A stretch of 63,037 nt of DNA, the filler included, from Craspedostauros australis (Eukaryota): assembly GCA_030167865.1 (NCBI GenBank). It is 10 parts of 10 records of this genome, joined end to end, with 100 filler letters (N's around TTAATTAATTAA, not from the genome) between each part and the next. Parts side by side here need not be neighbours in the genome. Positions count along the whole stretch, not along the records: positions 49,457 to 52,474 come from JALAGF010003013.1; positions 52,575 to 53,944 come from JALAGF010003014.1; positions 54,045 to 55,777 come from JALAGF010003015.1; positions 55,878 to 57,448 come from JALAGF010003016.1; positions 57,549 to 63,037 come from JALAGF010003017.1; 5 more parts are not named here. The stretch is one strand, 5' to 3'. Of this stretch, positions 49,908-63,037 are shown in pieces. The notes under the pieces were generated by a model. That model ran no database searches, was not told the DNA's origin, and saw only the letters and a list, made by a program, of their open reading frames with translations. The position numbers and the translations under genes were made by a program. Position 1 is the stretch's first letter, and each line of letters starts with the position of its first letter.

Positions 49908-52462
49908 CCCATGTCAAGGTGTGTTGGGCCTATGACAAGATCATTCGGCGATTCCCGTCTTGAAGAGACATCACCTACGCAAAAGGAATTGGAGCAGTGA
50001 GATTGAAATCGCACACATACGCTCAGATCGAACTGAACCTCAGGGGCGTCCAAATGAACAGCTCACAGGACGTGCTCCGGGCGGAACCGATCATGCTGGC
50101 TGACAGTCGCAGATTCCAGGAGTGCGCTGCACCCAATCCAAAGTCATACAGGAACATCGCCCTGCTCTACACTATGTTCGAGACTGGAGCCAGGAGTGTC
50201 ACATTTTGTCAACCAAGTCAGAAGGCTCCCAGGAAAGATCACTTGACAGGCCAATGGACCATCACATATCCAAATGTGAAGGTCGGAGAAAGCCACCTTG
50301 ACTACAGGCACATCATATTGTCGCACGAGGCATCAACCGCATTTGAACGATTTTGGAGATGTCACCACAACGTGGATTGGACACAGAAAGGGAACACATT
50401 CTGCATCCAGTCGCCCAATGCAATATACAAGTTCCTTGGGCACCTCGGTCTGAGCGCAGGCTACCCCAAGCAGTACTTCTCTGCGCATTCTGGACGAGCT
50501 GGTGCAATAAACACAGTCATATGTGATGCCATTCTGGCTGGGAAGCCAGTTTCTGTTGGCCAAGCGAATGCAACAATTCTGGGAGACTTCGCCACCAACT
50601 CTGAATGCATGAGATGGTACTACAGGGACGTGTCGGACACCATTGAGCAGTACAAGGGGCACGCAAAGGACACGTTGCATCTGACTGTGTTGCAACTGCA
50701 TCGCAATTTGCACAACATGCTGCAACCAATCACTCGACAGCACCCATCTTGTGGGGTGTCCTACAGCAAAGGCGTATACAAGGAGGCTGTTGCAATTTGC
50801 AACGAACTTGATGCCTCTTGGCAATTGGACAATTGGTGGCGCGCACAGGGCAACTCCTGGCGGACCAACGAGGTGTTTGAAGAAGCTGGCCTTCGGCTTG
50901 AGGCCAGTGGCCACCTTCACAAACAGGTGCTACAATGCACAGAGCTGTACACGTTGAAGCAATGCAGTCATCCAAGAAGAATTGGCAATATCATCAAGCT
51001 AATGATTGGAGCCGATGAGTTGAAAAGGGAAATGCTGATCTCCAACCACTCAATCAACATGTCTCCACGTTTCCTGCGCTACTTCCTCCTTCCTCAACAG
51101 CCATCAAAGGAGGCTTGCCAAGTACCAAGGCCAAGGCAACGATATGATGCGTCCAATTCAACCAGCCTTGGCCTGTTCCACCAACACTTATCCAGTCGAG
51201 CACGTGAGCGAAACATCGGCTTCATCTCAGTTGGAGACAAACAGTACAATCTCACAAAATTGAGCACAGCGCAGTGGAAGATGCTGAGACGACGCGAGCG
51301 GCTGAAGGTGGCGATCGATGCATCAAAGTTCTACTCATCAAACCCAGCTGCTGTCCTTCCACGGGAGGTGCATTCCAATGCTGCTGTCAATCAGACCAGC
51401 GCGAAAACGATTGGTCTCTCAACTGACGATCCTCCTGTCCATCACAATGAGGCAGCAGAGATGGATGATGCCATGGATAACAATCCTAGATCAGCAGAGA
51501 TCATTGATTTGATTGGCATTGATGTGGAAGAAGAAACAGAGGGAGATATTTAAGCAAAATGGTATGTGCTGAGTGGCATGGATCATGAGTGTGTCCAATT
51601 CTTTGTTGAGGGAGAAAACACCATTCGCATCGAGTACAAACTCCCCTCTGAATCTTTCCGCGCCCCCAATCGTCTTGGCAACTCGTTGAGCCGAATTGAT
51701 TTGGTCAGCAACGCGTTGCAAACAACACTATCTAAGTACCACGGATCACTTGCGCCCTTCCCAGGCAGCCGCAACAGCAGGCTTCACATCCAACGTGTTG
51801 TATTGCCCCACACGATCCAACCGGACTTTTGCTCCGGTGATACTAATCGCTTGTTCCACCCTCTTCGCTTCAACGAATCCCCATGCATCCCCACCATCAC
51901 TCGTCGCGGCACAAAGACGATGTATTGCTTGGTCATGGCAAAGCTGGACAAACTGGTGGAGTCCGTCTGCGACAACACGCGTGTCAAACAGTTCGACATG
52001 TACGAAGGGCCTGATTCCAATGATGACAATTCCGATGACAGTGACACTTCGGGAACAACAAACAAACAATCCACTCGCAGAACTCGAGAATCCGGAAACC
52101 AGTCGAGCCGAATCAACAAGAAGCCAAGANNNNNNNNNNNNNNNNNNNNNNNNNNNNNNNNNNNNNNNNNNNNNNNNNNNNNNNNNNNNNNNNNNNNNNN
52201 NNNNNNNNNNNNNNNNNNNNNNNNNNNNNNNNNNNNNNNNNNNNNNNNNNNNNNNNNNNNNNNNNNNNNNNNNNNNNNNNNNNNNNNNNNNNNNNNNNNN
52301 NNNGCCAACAGCAGCCGCAACAGGAAGAGCAACATGGCATACTACCACGATGATGGTACCGATAGTGACAGCAGCATTTTGTCCGAGGTGAGCACCATCG
52401 CAGATGTCAATGAGCCAACAACCCCCAGCAATGACACCTTCTTCTCCTCCAATGAAGACTGA
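49838..52462 (+). pseudogene. Tyrosine recombinase (Crypton-like or unclassified YR element) with long C-terminal extension; two in-frame stops
   Basis: Catalytic set in order: ALLYTMFETGAR (R), NVKVG (K), FSAHSGRAG (HxxR), LGDF, MRWYY (Y). ORFs 49838-49963, 49997-51553 and 51566-52462 are all in the same frame, separated only by TGA 49961 and TAA 51551. Confidence 0.82.
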
Positions 52463-55400
52463 TGAGCTCGAATGNNNNNNNNNNNNNNNNNNNNNNNNNN
52501 NNNNNNNNNNNNNNNNNNTTAATTAATTAANNNNNNNNNNNNNNNNNNNNNNNNNNNNNNNNNNNNNNNNNNNNGTTTTGCATGTATTCATAAGGGGGGC
52601 AGACACAAAGTATTCTATTGTATAATATGCTGGAGTAGAGCAGAGCCGAGTAGTGCAGAGTCTTTGTTCTGATATGAGCAAGAGCGTGAAGAGTACCAGC
52701 CAAAGCATTCATCATGCCATGCGTCGGTTTTGGGGTTGGTGCCAACACATCGCCACACACCAAACTTGCGCTGTGTGCTCAAGTCGGCATGCGAAGAAAT
52801 GTGCTGTTTGATTGCATTGCCACGTCTCCAGGACTGTTGCAATGCGTGTGGTGAAGTGCTGGCACGCTCTTCTCCTTCCACCACGCAGAGAACGTTCTGG
52901 CATTCCGTTCTCAGCCTCAACATGACATCCTGGCGAAAGGCGAGAACCGATACAGAGCATGTGAACGTAGAACACTATTGTTACAGATGTGGCAAAAAGG
53001 AACAATGCCCCTTGCATACTTATCCTGAGGGGAAGAGAACAACATGCTTGTGTAATTGTGGTGTTGTTCTTCTCCATGTCGTGCCTGCATGTGTTGTTGC
53101 AAGCAAAGCAGTGGCGCAACATCCGATGTCCACGTTCGCTCCGGATGAGCNNNNNNNNNNNNNNNNNNNNNNNNNNNNNNNNCTCACATGGGAGCATGCG
53201 TTTGTTCCGAACACAATTTTCAATGTGTTTCGAAAACTGGTTGGTCACGATGCAGCAACAAACACGATTGTTGATGTGCTTCAAAAGTGCGCGACAGACC
53301 TGCGTTGGTGCCCAAGTTGCTGCCCGCACACCGCTTTGTGCACCTGATTGCTTGCGTCATTGCGCATGCGCAGTAAATGCACGACGTGTGTACCTGTGCA
53401 AGTGCGGGGGAAGTGGATGCGCACGGAAAGCACACGTGCAGTGTGTGGCGCAGAAATCCCCAACACGTCTCCTGATGTGTGCATCGCGGTGTATTTCCCC
53501 AACTCCATGCATCTTCGCTTCATCCACGCAATTCCCAACGATGGCCATTCATCGGTGCATCCGCACAATTCCCACGACATCACTGCGACACTATTTGGTC
53601 ATGACTATGACATAAGTTGTATTCTGTATCTAGACAATACTGAATAGACTAACATCATTGATCACTCAAAAGAATCATAAAACGAAGAAAAGAATGATCT
53701 TATTCAATTTCATCGCTATCTAATGGCCAAGAACACTAGTAATTTATTTGATCCTCTGTTGTTTATTGCTTAACAGCATTGAAAGTTAAAGTGGAAGTGA
53801 CACTGTGATGGCAAGAGGCGGGATCGGATTCATGTCGTATCGGACTTATACAAGACATGTAAAAGACATATTTTTGCATCAAAATGCGAGACGACCCGGA
53901 TGTGCAGAGAATGTGCAAATTGAAGGGAAGGTGTTGGCAAATGTNNNNNNNNNNNNNNNNNNNNNNNNNNNNNNNNNNNNNNNNNNNNTTAATTAATTAA
54001 NNNNNNNNNNNNNNNNNNNNNNNNNNNNNNNNNNNNNNNNNNNNGGTTCTCGCCTTTCGCCAGGATGTCATGTTGAGGCTGAGAACGGAATGCCAGAACG
54101 TTCTCTGCGTGGTGGAAGGAGAAGAGCGTGCCAGCACTTCACCACACGCATTGCAACAGTCCTGGAGACGTGGCAATGCAATCAAACAGCACATTTCTTC
54201 GCATGCCGACTTGAGCACACAGCGCAAGTTTGGTGTGTGGCGATGTGTTGGCACCAACCCCAAAACCGACGCATGGCATGATGAATGCTTTGGCTGGTAC
54301 TCTTCACGCTCTTGCTCATATCAGAACAAAGACTCTGCACTACTCGGCTCTGCTCTACTCCAGCATATTATACAATAGAATACTTTGTGTCTGCCCCCCT
54401 TATGAATACATGCAAAACAACCACAAGTCTTGTTTGGTGCTTCTGTTCGTGCTCATACGCTGTCGACACTTCTTCGCGTCACCTCTTTTCCAGCCATGCC
54501 AGTGTTGCTTCATTCAGTGCGCAGATCAGGCAACCAGTGGTATCAGTCATGAGTGCAAATAGGCTGCTTTGCCATCATTGAATCACACCTGCTCTGTTCT
54601 TCGCATGATGCACTTGAACGCGCACACTTACTCTATTCGCAGTAATTCACCAATGGGCTTCATCTGTGTATCGCGCAACAGGATGAATCTTCGTACGTGC
54701 CCTGTGGTGGCTCAATGGCATCGCTCGCTGATGGGTGTATTGGAACATGGAGAGCAGTAATACCCATGTGCCAAATAGCCTCCGCATTGTCCTTGCCAAT
54801 TAGCAGATGATCTGCAATGAGAGAGCGAAACGCGCAAGGAGGAGTAAATAAAGTGACCACATTGGCATGCAGAGCACGGAGGATGCGGTCGTTCATGGAA
54901 AAGCGCGGCATCAACAACAGAAGCCAAAGGATTGCCAACCCAAATCAACCACGGCATCGGTGACGATGACAACAATTGCAGCGACAGTGGGACTTCAAGC
55001 CACCATCACGAAGCAGCCACGACATTGGCAACAGTAACAGTAGATATAATACAATAGTGACGACTTCAAATCACACGAGTTATCGCTACCATCTCAATAG
55101 TCGTCGCAGCATTTGTAGCAGTTGGTGGCGCGACGATGCAGGCAGTATCCGATTACAGGAGGGAGGCAACAACCGCGATGAAGACCTGCATTGATGTGAT
55201 CATTGCTGGGAGTTCGGATCAGATGAGAGGGATGCCAACACAAACGAAGAAGCCTCCGCGAAGACCATGTGGAAGCGGCGAACAATCGAAGCAACAAGTC
55301 GACAAAACGCTCCGTTGCCTTTCGCCAGAAGCGGCGAGGAGGCAAAGTTCACGTCAGACAACAACAGCAATCCGATTTGCGAAGAAACGTGCATGGGCGG

Positions 55401-55877
55401 AGCGACTAGGCGAGAACAATCCAAAAACGCTCTTCGCAAATACGAGGAGAATGGCAGCACACGCGCATGAAACGCAAGCGCCTCGACCGGCGGCTGCTCG
55501 GACAAGTTGGTTGTCGACGTCATTGTTGGAACAACGAAGACAACACGACTTGGACGTGTCTCGGAAATAGCGATACACAAAGCTGATGGTATCATTGTAC
55601 AATACATGGAGTAGTCAACAGAGTACATGTGAAGTTCTTACAAAGCGCTACGCATCATACCTGACAAATGCAATGGGACTCGTTTTTAGTCCTGGGAAAT
55701 GTGCGGCATAAAATTGCGGTAAATGAGTGAATTTTCCCAGCATCGGTCAATGCTTCCACTATTTCCCCTGCTCCCTGNNNNNNNNNNNNNNNNNNNNNNN
55801 NNNNNNNNNNNNNNNNNNNNNTTAATTAATTAANNNNNNNNNNNNNNNNNNNNNNNNNNNNNNNNNNNNNNNNNNNN

Positions 55878-57448
55878 AGTTTCTTTCTCAAGAACAAAAG
55901 TGATCAACCAGGATACATCAAACGGTTCGTTCAAACGATCAAGTCACAGACTGGTGACCAACAGATCATCTTCCGAGGTGACAACAGCGGAGAGAACAAA
56001 TCCACGCAGGANATTCTCATCGATGCAGGACTCAACGTGAAATTCGAATTCACGGCATCGAACACGCCGCAACAGAACNGTAGAGTNGAACGCAAGTTCG
56101 CGTACCTCTACACCAAGATCCGCTCCATGCTCAATGGAGCACAACTCGACGAAGAATATAGGCATGGCCTGTGGGCAGCAGCCGCTAGCACTGCCACCGC
56201 CATCGCCAACATCACCGTAGCGAAGAACCAGAAGGAGTCGCCGTACCGCCAGTTCTTCGGAAATGATCCACCATACGCGGATGCACTCCGCGCATTTGGA
56301 GAGGTGGGTGTTGTGAAGACTACCTACGGCGGGATCACCGCCAAGCTCAAGAACAGAGGAGAAGAGATGGTGTTCATTGGATATGCACACCAACATGCAT
56401 CAGGGGTCTACAACATGTACAGACCATCGACCAAGTCACTGATCTGCTCACGCGATATCAAGTGGCTCAACCAATCGTACGGACAGTTCCGTGGCTGGGA
56501 ACCAGCACCGAACATATCCAATGAAACAGGAACAACGGACGCAGACGGCTTCACAACCATTGGACGGAAGGGAGCAACGCCAAGGACGGCAGCGCGTCAG
56601 ACACCGGAAGCGAAGAGAGTATCTTTCGCTGACAACAACCGGTACTACATCCTATCGGACAGCAACGATGAGGATGATGAGGATGACGGAGTAGTGACTC
56701 AACTAATCCATAACGACGAGGAAGATCGGAGCGAATCCAATCATGAGGATGACGAGATCCTACCATCCGGCGACGAAGCCGATGATGACACAGGCNTNAC
56801 NCCTCCGAANACACCAGCGAGGTCTACACATGACACACTATCCAGACCTCCACCGAGCAAACCAAGCAAGCGTGACATAGCTAGAAAGGAGAGGATCCGA
56901 CGTCACAAAGCACAAGGCAGGAAGGGAGAAGCTAATCCCAAGTCAACTGCAGGGAAGAGTATTCCCAGAGCTCTGCGTGAGCTTGCAGACTTCAACGAAC
57001 GAGGTCGAAAGGAAGAAGGCTATGAGAGCGAACCATCATCCGATGAGGCGAGCGACGAACTCAGCGACGAGATGATCGATGATTCCAACAACGAAACTAC
57101 AGATGATGAAGAAATCATGGATGAAGGAGAGATCGAGATCACTCACCATAGTACAACAGGATTGTACNGGATGAANGCAATCATCACCGAGANACCAGCG
57201 ATCGATATCGGATTATCGATGCAGGACGAGAACAAGGAACCAGAGAAGCACATCGAACCTACAACGTTCGACGGAGCCTTCAATCACCCAGATCCCATCC
57301 ATCGAAAGGGATATCGAGCAGCCATCAAGAAGGAGTTCGACTCCATGGATACACGCAAAGTATTCAGCAAGATCAAACGAGACGCCATCCCACGCGGCCG
57401 CAGATGCTGCAAATGCAAATGGGTCTTCAAGCTGAAGCGTGACGGCAC
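55878..57448 (+). mobile_element. Second copy of copia family A (IN core to RT start)
   Basis: Highly similar and collinear with 4110-5683; open at the position of the 5539 stop. Confidence 0.95.
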
Positions 57449-57548
57449 NNNNNNNNNNNNNNNNNNNNNNNNNNNNNNNNNNNNNNNNNNNNTTAATTAA
57501 TTAANNNNNNNNNNNNNNNNNNNNNNNNNNNNNNNNNNNNNNNNNNNN

Positions 57549-58020
57549 TCGACGAGCAAGGGGACGCGCAAGTGACGAGCAAGGGGACGCGCAAGTGACA
57601 ACCAAATTTCTCGCAATTACCGTGGTTTTGTCACTGTGACATGCTGCGAAAACGGCCATACTACGGTGTCTAATCTAGTTGTATTTTAAAGGGCGGCAGA
57701 GTGCACTTTTCAAAAATAGACTGCATGAATGTAAGCGTACTATCCATATCATGCTAGCANNNNNNNNNNNNNNNNNNNNNNNNNNNNNNNNNNNNNNNNN
57801 NNNNNNNNNNNNNNNNNNNNNNNNNNNNNNNNNNNNNNNNNNNNNNNNNNNNNNNNNNNNNNNNNNNNNNNNNNNNNNNNNNNNNNNNNNNNNNNNNNNN
57901 NNNNNNNNNNNNNNNNNNNNNNNNNNNNNNNNNNNNAGCAAGGGGACGAGCAAGTGACGAGCAAGGGGACGTGCAAGGGACGCGACATGAGCACGACGTG
58001 AGCACGACGTGAACGCGACG
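57549..58020 (+). repeat. Short tandem repeats GACGAGCAAGGGGACGCGCAAGT and variants, in two clusters around a gap
   Basis: Direct 23-bp duplication at 57551-57599; variants at 57937-58020. Confidence 0.75.
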
Positions 58021-59159
58021 TAGACATGCCTTCGATGTGACATTGGTGCAATGGATGCACGACTTGGACGCGACTCTGTCACGACTTGGACACGACATAG
58101 GTACGACTTCGCACACTGGGCTGTACAAGGGGCGTTGCGAATGACAGTGACGCTCAACGCATGCGTGCGGAGAAACTAGTGTCCGTTCCGTTGGTTGGCC
58201 TGTTTCGACCCCATAAATAGGCGCCTGTGCTATCCGCAGGAAATACCCCGAGCACTGAACATCGTGACACAAAGAGCTGCAGGGGCATACATGTTGATCG
58301 TGCTTCGCTTCCATCATTTTGTGTATGGGACTCATGCGAACATCGCTCACTTGTTGTGTAACCGCCTTTCACGTGCTTGCTTCGCGGAGGTTCGCATCCA
58401 GGAAACGTGTTCTCGCCACGCGCGGTACTACACTGTTGCATGGAGGAAACTGCTACCGTTATCATCTGGATGTGCTCCACCGCGACTCCTCGCAGACGGA
58501 CGCGCGTGATGACATCAGCAATAAACATCGCGGTGAATCACGTGAACAGCGGAGAGTGAAGGTCGTGTCGCATGCGCTGTCCGACACCCAATCGCAACGC
58601 ACACAGTCTCATCTGTTCTCTCCCACTACTCTGCGCAACCAATCATGACCAATTTTGTCACGGTGAACACAGCGGGCGTGCCCATCACTGAACCAGGACA
58701 AATTCTGCTCATCTCGTGTGCGTTGCGATGTTCGTGTTGCAGTTGCAACTGCGGGGGATGATGGCGACAGCCAGCTCGTTGCTGTGTGGCGTTTGGGGCG
58801 ATTCTCCGTCTTTTGCCAGTGACTGGAACCGAAGTGAGCGCGTCACGAAGTCGGATGCGCTGATGCTGGACGCTGTGGGGCGCCTTGTGTCTTTGCGCCA
58901 GCTTACTGTGCGGATGGAATCCTCTGCCGCTGCCTCCAACCGACAACAGGCGATTCAAGCACTCGTCATGCACGCATCTGAAGCGCATTCAACACAGTAG
59001 CAACACTGACTCGAATTGAACTCTGTGATGGCTTGCCCTCGTTTGATGTTGTTCCTGTGATGCAAGAGGCATGCGACGGGTAGGCTGCGCAAACAGATGC
59101 ACAGAACACACGATAGCTAGCCCATCCCTTGTACTAGGAACACATAGCTCAACTGTCAA

Positions 59160-60110
59160 AACCACGAAACGTGATGATCGTCGATAGCTTCCTGTGTCTG
59201 TTGAGTTTGCGCGTGGTTGGTGTCCTGGTTTGAAAAGAGCAAGCAAACAATTGCACTGATGGGGTATTCGGGAAAGCGTCATGTTCCGTTGTTTGACGTT
59301 GTAAATACTATATTCTGAGTGTGCATCTCGGACGCACTGGACAAGCATCGTGAGGAACGCAAAGCGAATTTCGTGCCCTCGTGGCAACACCCCCAAAGAA
59401 GAAGACTGCCAGACACCCACGCTTGCTGAAGAGAGTCCCACTTTGTCATGCGAAAAACCCAGAGAATCACCAACGAGCACCTGAGCCGCACAGCCAAACA
59501 AACGTTGGACGGGGGCAGGCTCACCGCCTTCGACAACGGACACGAGCACGACAGTGATCACACAACAACGTAGCGCGCATTAATACAGGAACGTGGAGGA
59601 ATGGCGCTGCTCCCGGTGCAGAGTGCGACGATTGATGACATGAAGTTCAGTAGGCTGGTAGGACAACGGACAGCTTGTAGTTGGAGGAGCGCTCTGTGGT
59701 AATCAACGACGGTGCGAAAAGGAACCGATCGGACAAGTACGAAAGTTACCTGAGCAAGGGGAGGGGAGAACACGAATGATGATTGCAGATCAGCCACTTC
59801 TTTCCAAAGAGGGAAAGCAATTGTGTGACTGCATCGATGCCGCGTCGTGTGGTGGGTCTGGGAGGGGATGTGTTGGGACATACACGACAGGGGTGGAACG
59901 AGGAAAGGGGACATCATTGGCATGTGCGAACAGTGTGCGGCATCGCAACCACGAACGCAAATCAGCGCGACGTCATGTCGACACGGGAAAGGCGTGCTCT
60001 AGTAGTCCCATGAGTGCATGACTCGACAGACCCAAAAACCGCACAACACACCCCAAGCGTGAACAATTCAAAAATCGACGCAAAAAGATGCTTTACCGCG
60101 CTTCCCACGG
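59160..60110 (+). repeat. Dispersed non-coding repeat, copy 2
   Basis: Collinear similarity to 6090-7140; boundaries approximate. Confidence 0.75.
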
Positions 60111-63037
60111 ACACAAATACCGACAGTCACGAACGCAGACATGCCAACTCGGTCTGGTATGATCTTGGTAGCTCAAATTTAGCACTCTTCCAGGAGTCCA
60201 TTCGACATCCTCCAGAGCAACTGCAGTCAGGTTCAGATTCAGATTCAGCTGTGCTTTCGCTCCACCTCCACCTCCGTGGTCTGCTCCTCCTCCTACCATA
60301 CACTCCTTCCATACACTCCTGCCCTGCGGAGTGAACTCCAGAGTCCTACTATACTGTCCGCAAGGCATCGTATCACAACCTGTCACTCCTCCATCGCATG
60401 CCATTCCTTGTGTGACGAGACGCAGGCATCCATCAAGGCTGACAAGCCAAACACAACAGAATCACCAGACACGCGCAACAAACACACTCTCCTCCGTTCG
60501 TGGTCGTCCCAACCTCTCATCGTCGCACAGGCACAGCGTGCATAGTACTCCACTCGACAACTACTCTCCGAGTACTCTCCTCTTTTCTCCTTCTGACTTT
60601 TTGTACTCCGTCCCTGATTGCACTCCGAAGTATCACACAGGTATCACTTCTTGTTTGGAAGAACACAAACACTGACAAAGAGTGCCAAAGCGTGTCGGTG
60701 TGTGGGGTTAAGGAGCAGAAACGCCAATAGAATCGAAGCAGGGCCATAGCACGAGAGGAAGAGAGACCTTCTCATCAAGCGCCTTCCATCAACTCGTGTC
60801 GAGAATGTACGCAACAATTCGCAAGGGGAAAAGGAAGGTATAGTCCTCGGAAAGTATGAAGCCTGCCATGTCGATTCCGGACAGACGAGAGGCATCGCAA
60901 GCGCAGAGATCGCCTTCCCGAGACCAACAACATGGCGCTCATCGAGCGTTATTACAGAGTAGAAGCGCGTGGAGTCGAGTCGAGTAGAGAGTTTTGGCAC
61001 GAGCACTATTGCCTCGACGTGCGTGCCCTCGCGCTCGAACTCCCAGCCCCCATCATCACATCAGGTGGCATCAGATGTCATGGACATTGTACAGCAACGG
61101 CGTACACATAGCAATTTGTGGCATGTCTGTATGGAAGGCGATCTGCGTACTTTGTCGTGAGGCAATAATGTGTGAGGATGACGTGACGCGAAGGAACCAC
61201 AATCGAAAACGGCAAGATCACCACAAACGCGTCGCACAAGCAACATCCGCGCTTCCGAAGCTCGCTGTTGTGTTGGCTGGTCCACTCCAGACCCGCAACG
61301 CGGAATTCGAGGAATGAAAAGGGCGCCAGAACTCTGCTCACGTCTGCGCGCAAATGATGCCAGAGGACCAAGAGTCCAAGGAATGGGCCTTCTGCGTTCG
61401 GCAGACATCCCACACTCTTCGCTATGACACGGACCAACGGTGCGATTGTGAAGGAACGCTTCTGCAGCGATGTGCAAATCATGGAGAGCTCACCATGTGT
61501 TGTGGATGAACGCATCACAGACCAACATCGTCTCATACAATGTAGTCGTACCTGTTCTCTCACTCTCGTGAGGAGGGTCATTGGTTCTGCTGAGAAGTGG
61601 TTGTCGACATCTCCGATTGACAAACAGAAACAAGAAGTGGCACCATGCGTGATGGATGACGAACACGACAAACAACGCACAGCACACAAAACGCAGGCAC
61701 ATACACAATGAAGAGCAGACCATTTCCATGCCAAATCGCCGTGTGAGCAGGGTTGAAGAGGTTGGAAGCGACGACACTTTCTGAGAGTCTCGCACGCTCG
61801 TTCCCCATCGTGGGCTTGTGTGTTGCGATCCTTCCTGGGCCAAGGATGGTTGAGATGAGGAAGAACATTCACCAAGCACCGGAGTGAAGCAACATGTTCC
61901 GGTGGATCGTCGCATCTTCTTCGTCCACTGTCTCCGCTCATGGATGCGATACATACAACGGCTTTCATGTGTTAGCCATTCCTCGTTCCGCTTGCTGTAC
62001 TCAACCATGCCCGTCCTCCACACATGCTCTGCTCAACTTGTTCCGCAGGGATGCAAACGAAGCAGCGCGTGAACCTTACCACGCAGCTCTCCCTCGATTC
62101 TATCAGAACAAGCCACGGCAGTTCATTTGCAACAGAGGCCCTTCCGGAGGTGATCCTTCCCAGACATGCACTCCGGAGGTAGGGCACCGGTTCCGTTCCG
62201 TTGCGTTCATAAACTCTCTCTCTGCGTGTGTTTCTATGTGATCCTTTTGGCACAGACCGGTCGAGGGAATTGTCCTTTTGCATTTTCGGCTGCTCTGGGA
62301 CAATGGAAACAACACAACATGTCCGGTGGCACCAGAAGTGAAACGTGTTCATGAATGAAGGAGGCGGTTGGGGGATGGCGAACCAAACCAAGCAGAGGAA
62401 AGGCGAGGGCACAGAGAGCCAGAGGATGCAACCAGTCAACCAACAGCACCATTGACGCTTCCAACTCTCTGGAGAGAGTGGGAGAGAGAAGGCAATGGCG
62501 ATGGTATCAGCGCCTGACTTTGTTTCTTCTTCTCCATTCTTTTGCCTCATTTCTCACTCTAAATGCATCGCATACTAGTCTATAGGGAGATATCGCATGT
62601 AATTTGATGAGTCCCAGGGTCCAAAATAACCTGATAGAGACATTTATTTTGGGGGGTGGATGAGAATTTCGCTTCTTCAAATTACATGNNNNNNNNNNNN
62701 NNNNNNNNNNNNNNNNNNNNNNNNNNNNNNNNNNNNNNNNNNNNNNNNNNNNNNNNNNNNNNNNNNNNNNNNNNNNNNNNNNNNNNNNNNNNNNNNAAGC
62801 GTACATGTTTCTTCGGTTCGCATCTTCATTGTTCTTGAATTGCCTTGTTTCTTTCCTAGACTAACGTTGATGTGAACGGTTCGAGTTAGCCATGTTGCAG
62901 CATGCACGAAGCTGATCCTTGCCTCTGCGCAGGCCTTGTCCTCAGGCAACCAATTTCACACATGTCGAGACATGTTTTGGAGAAGTCGTAGTTGTTGTTT
63001 ACCACATAGATTATAGTCTTTAACTATGCGCCGTAGG

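Noticed and set aside
52575..54418. Perfect 374-bp inverted repeat (52575-52948 vs 54045-54418) next to the recombinase, suggesting an invertible segment or long TIR
   Set aside because: Each copy starts exactly at a contig edge. Flipping contig 52575-53944 makes it overlap the next contig, so this is most likely a mis-oriented overlapping contig.
52575..55777. Cys-rich ORFs as possible cargo or transposase; CCCTG at the contig end as a hAT-like terminus
   Set aside because: No recognisable motif in any frame, many stops, no partner terminus visible, and linkage to the YR contig is unproven.
60110..63037. ORFs of 100-296 aa in the last contig
   Set aside because: No recognisable domains; composition resembles non-coding or decayed repeat DNA.

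Overview
Eukaryotic, very probably diatom (stramenopile), scaffold. It is built from about 10 contigs joined by N-runs containing an artificial TTAATTAATTAA linker, so adjacency across linkers is not evidence. A gene-rich contig (6.0-34.6 kb) holds nine host genes: a small 4-TM protein, a DUF819 membrane protein, an HMG-box protein, PP1 inhibitor-2, a CRAL-TRIO/DUF6824 protein, two bestrophin-like paralogues, an alpha/beta hydrolase and a COX23-like CHCH protein. The rest is TE-rich. It contains at least two, probably three, Ty1/copia (CoDi-like) lineages. A ~1,590-aa all-ankyrin gene is split by a 93-bp-LTR retroelement (6-bp TSD) and an ATAT-TSD TIR element that itself carries a LINE fragment. 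An isolated contig encodes a divergent tyrosine recombinase, read in one frame through two stops into an extra C-terminal domain and preceded by an array of hairpin repeats copied from its own 5' coding end. The most unusual signals are: (i) this tyrosine recombinase locus; (ii) a conserved 12-bp palindrome with co-varying centre in place of the tRNA primer-binding site in two diverged copia families; (iii) a tiny LTR carrying motifs that look complementary to initiator tRNA or like a Pol III B-box.
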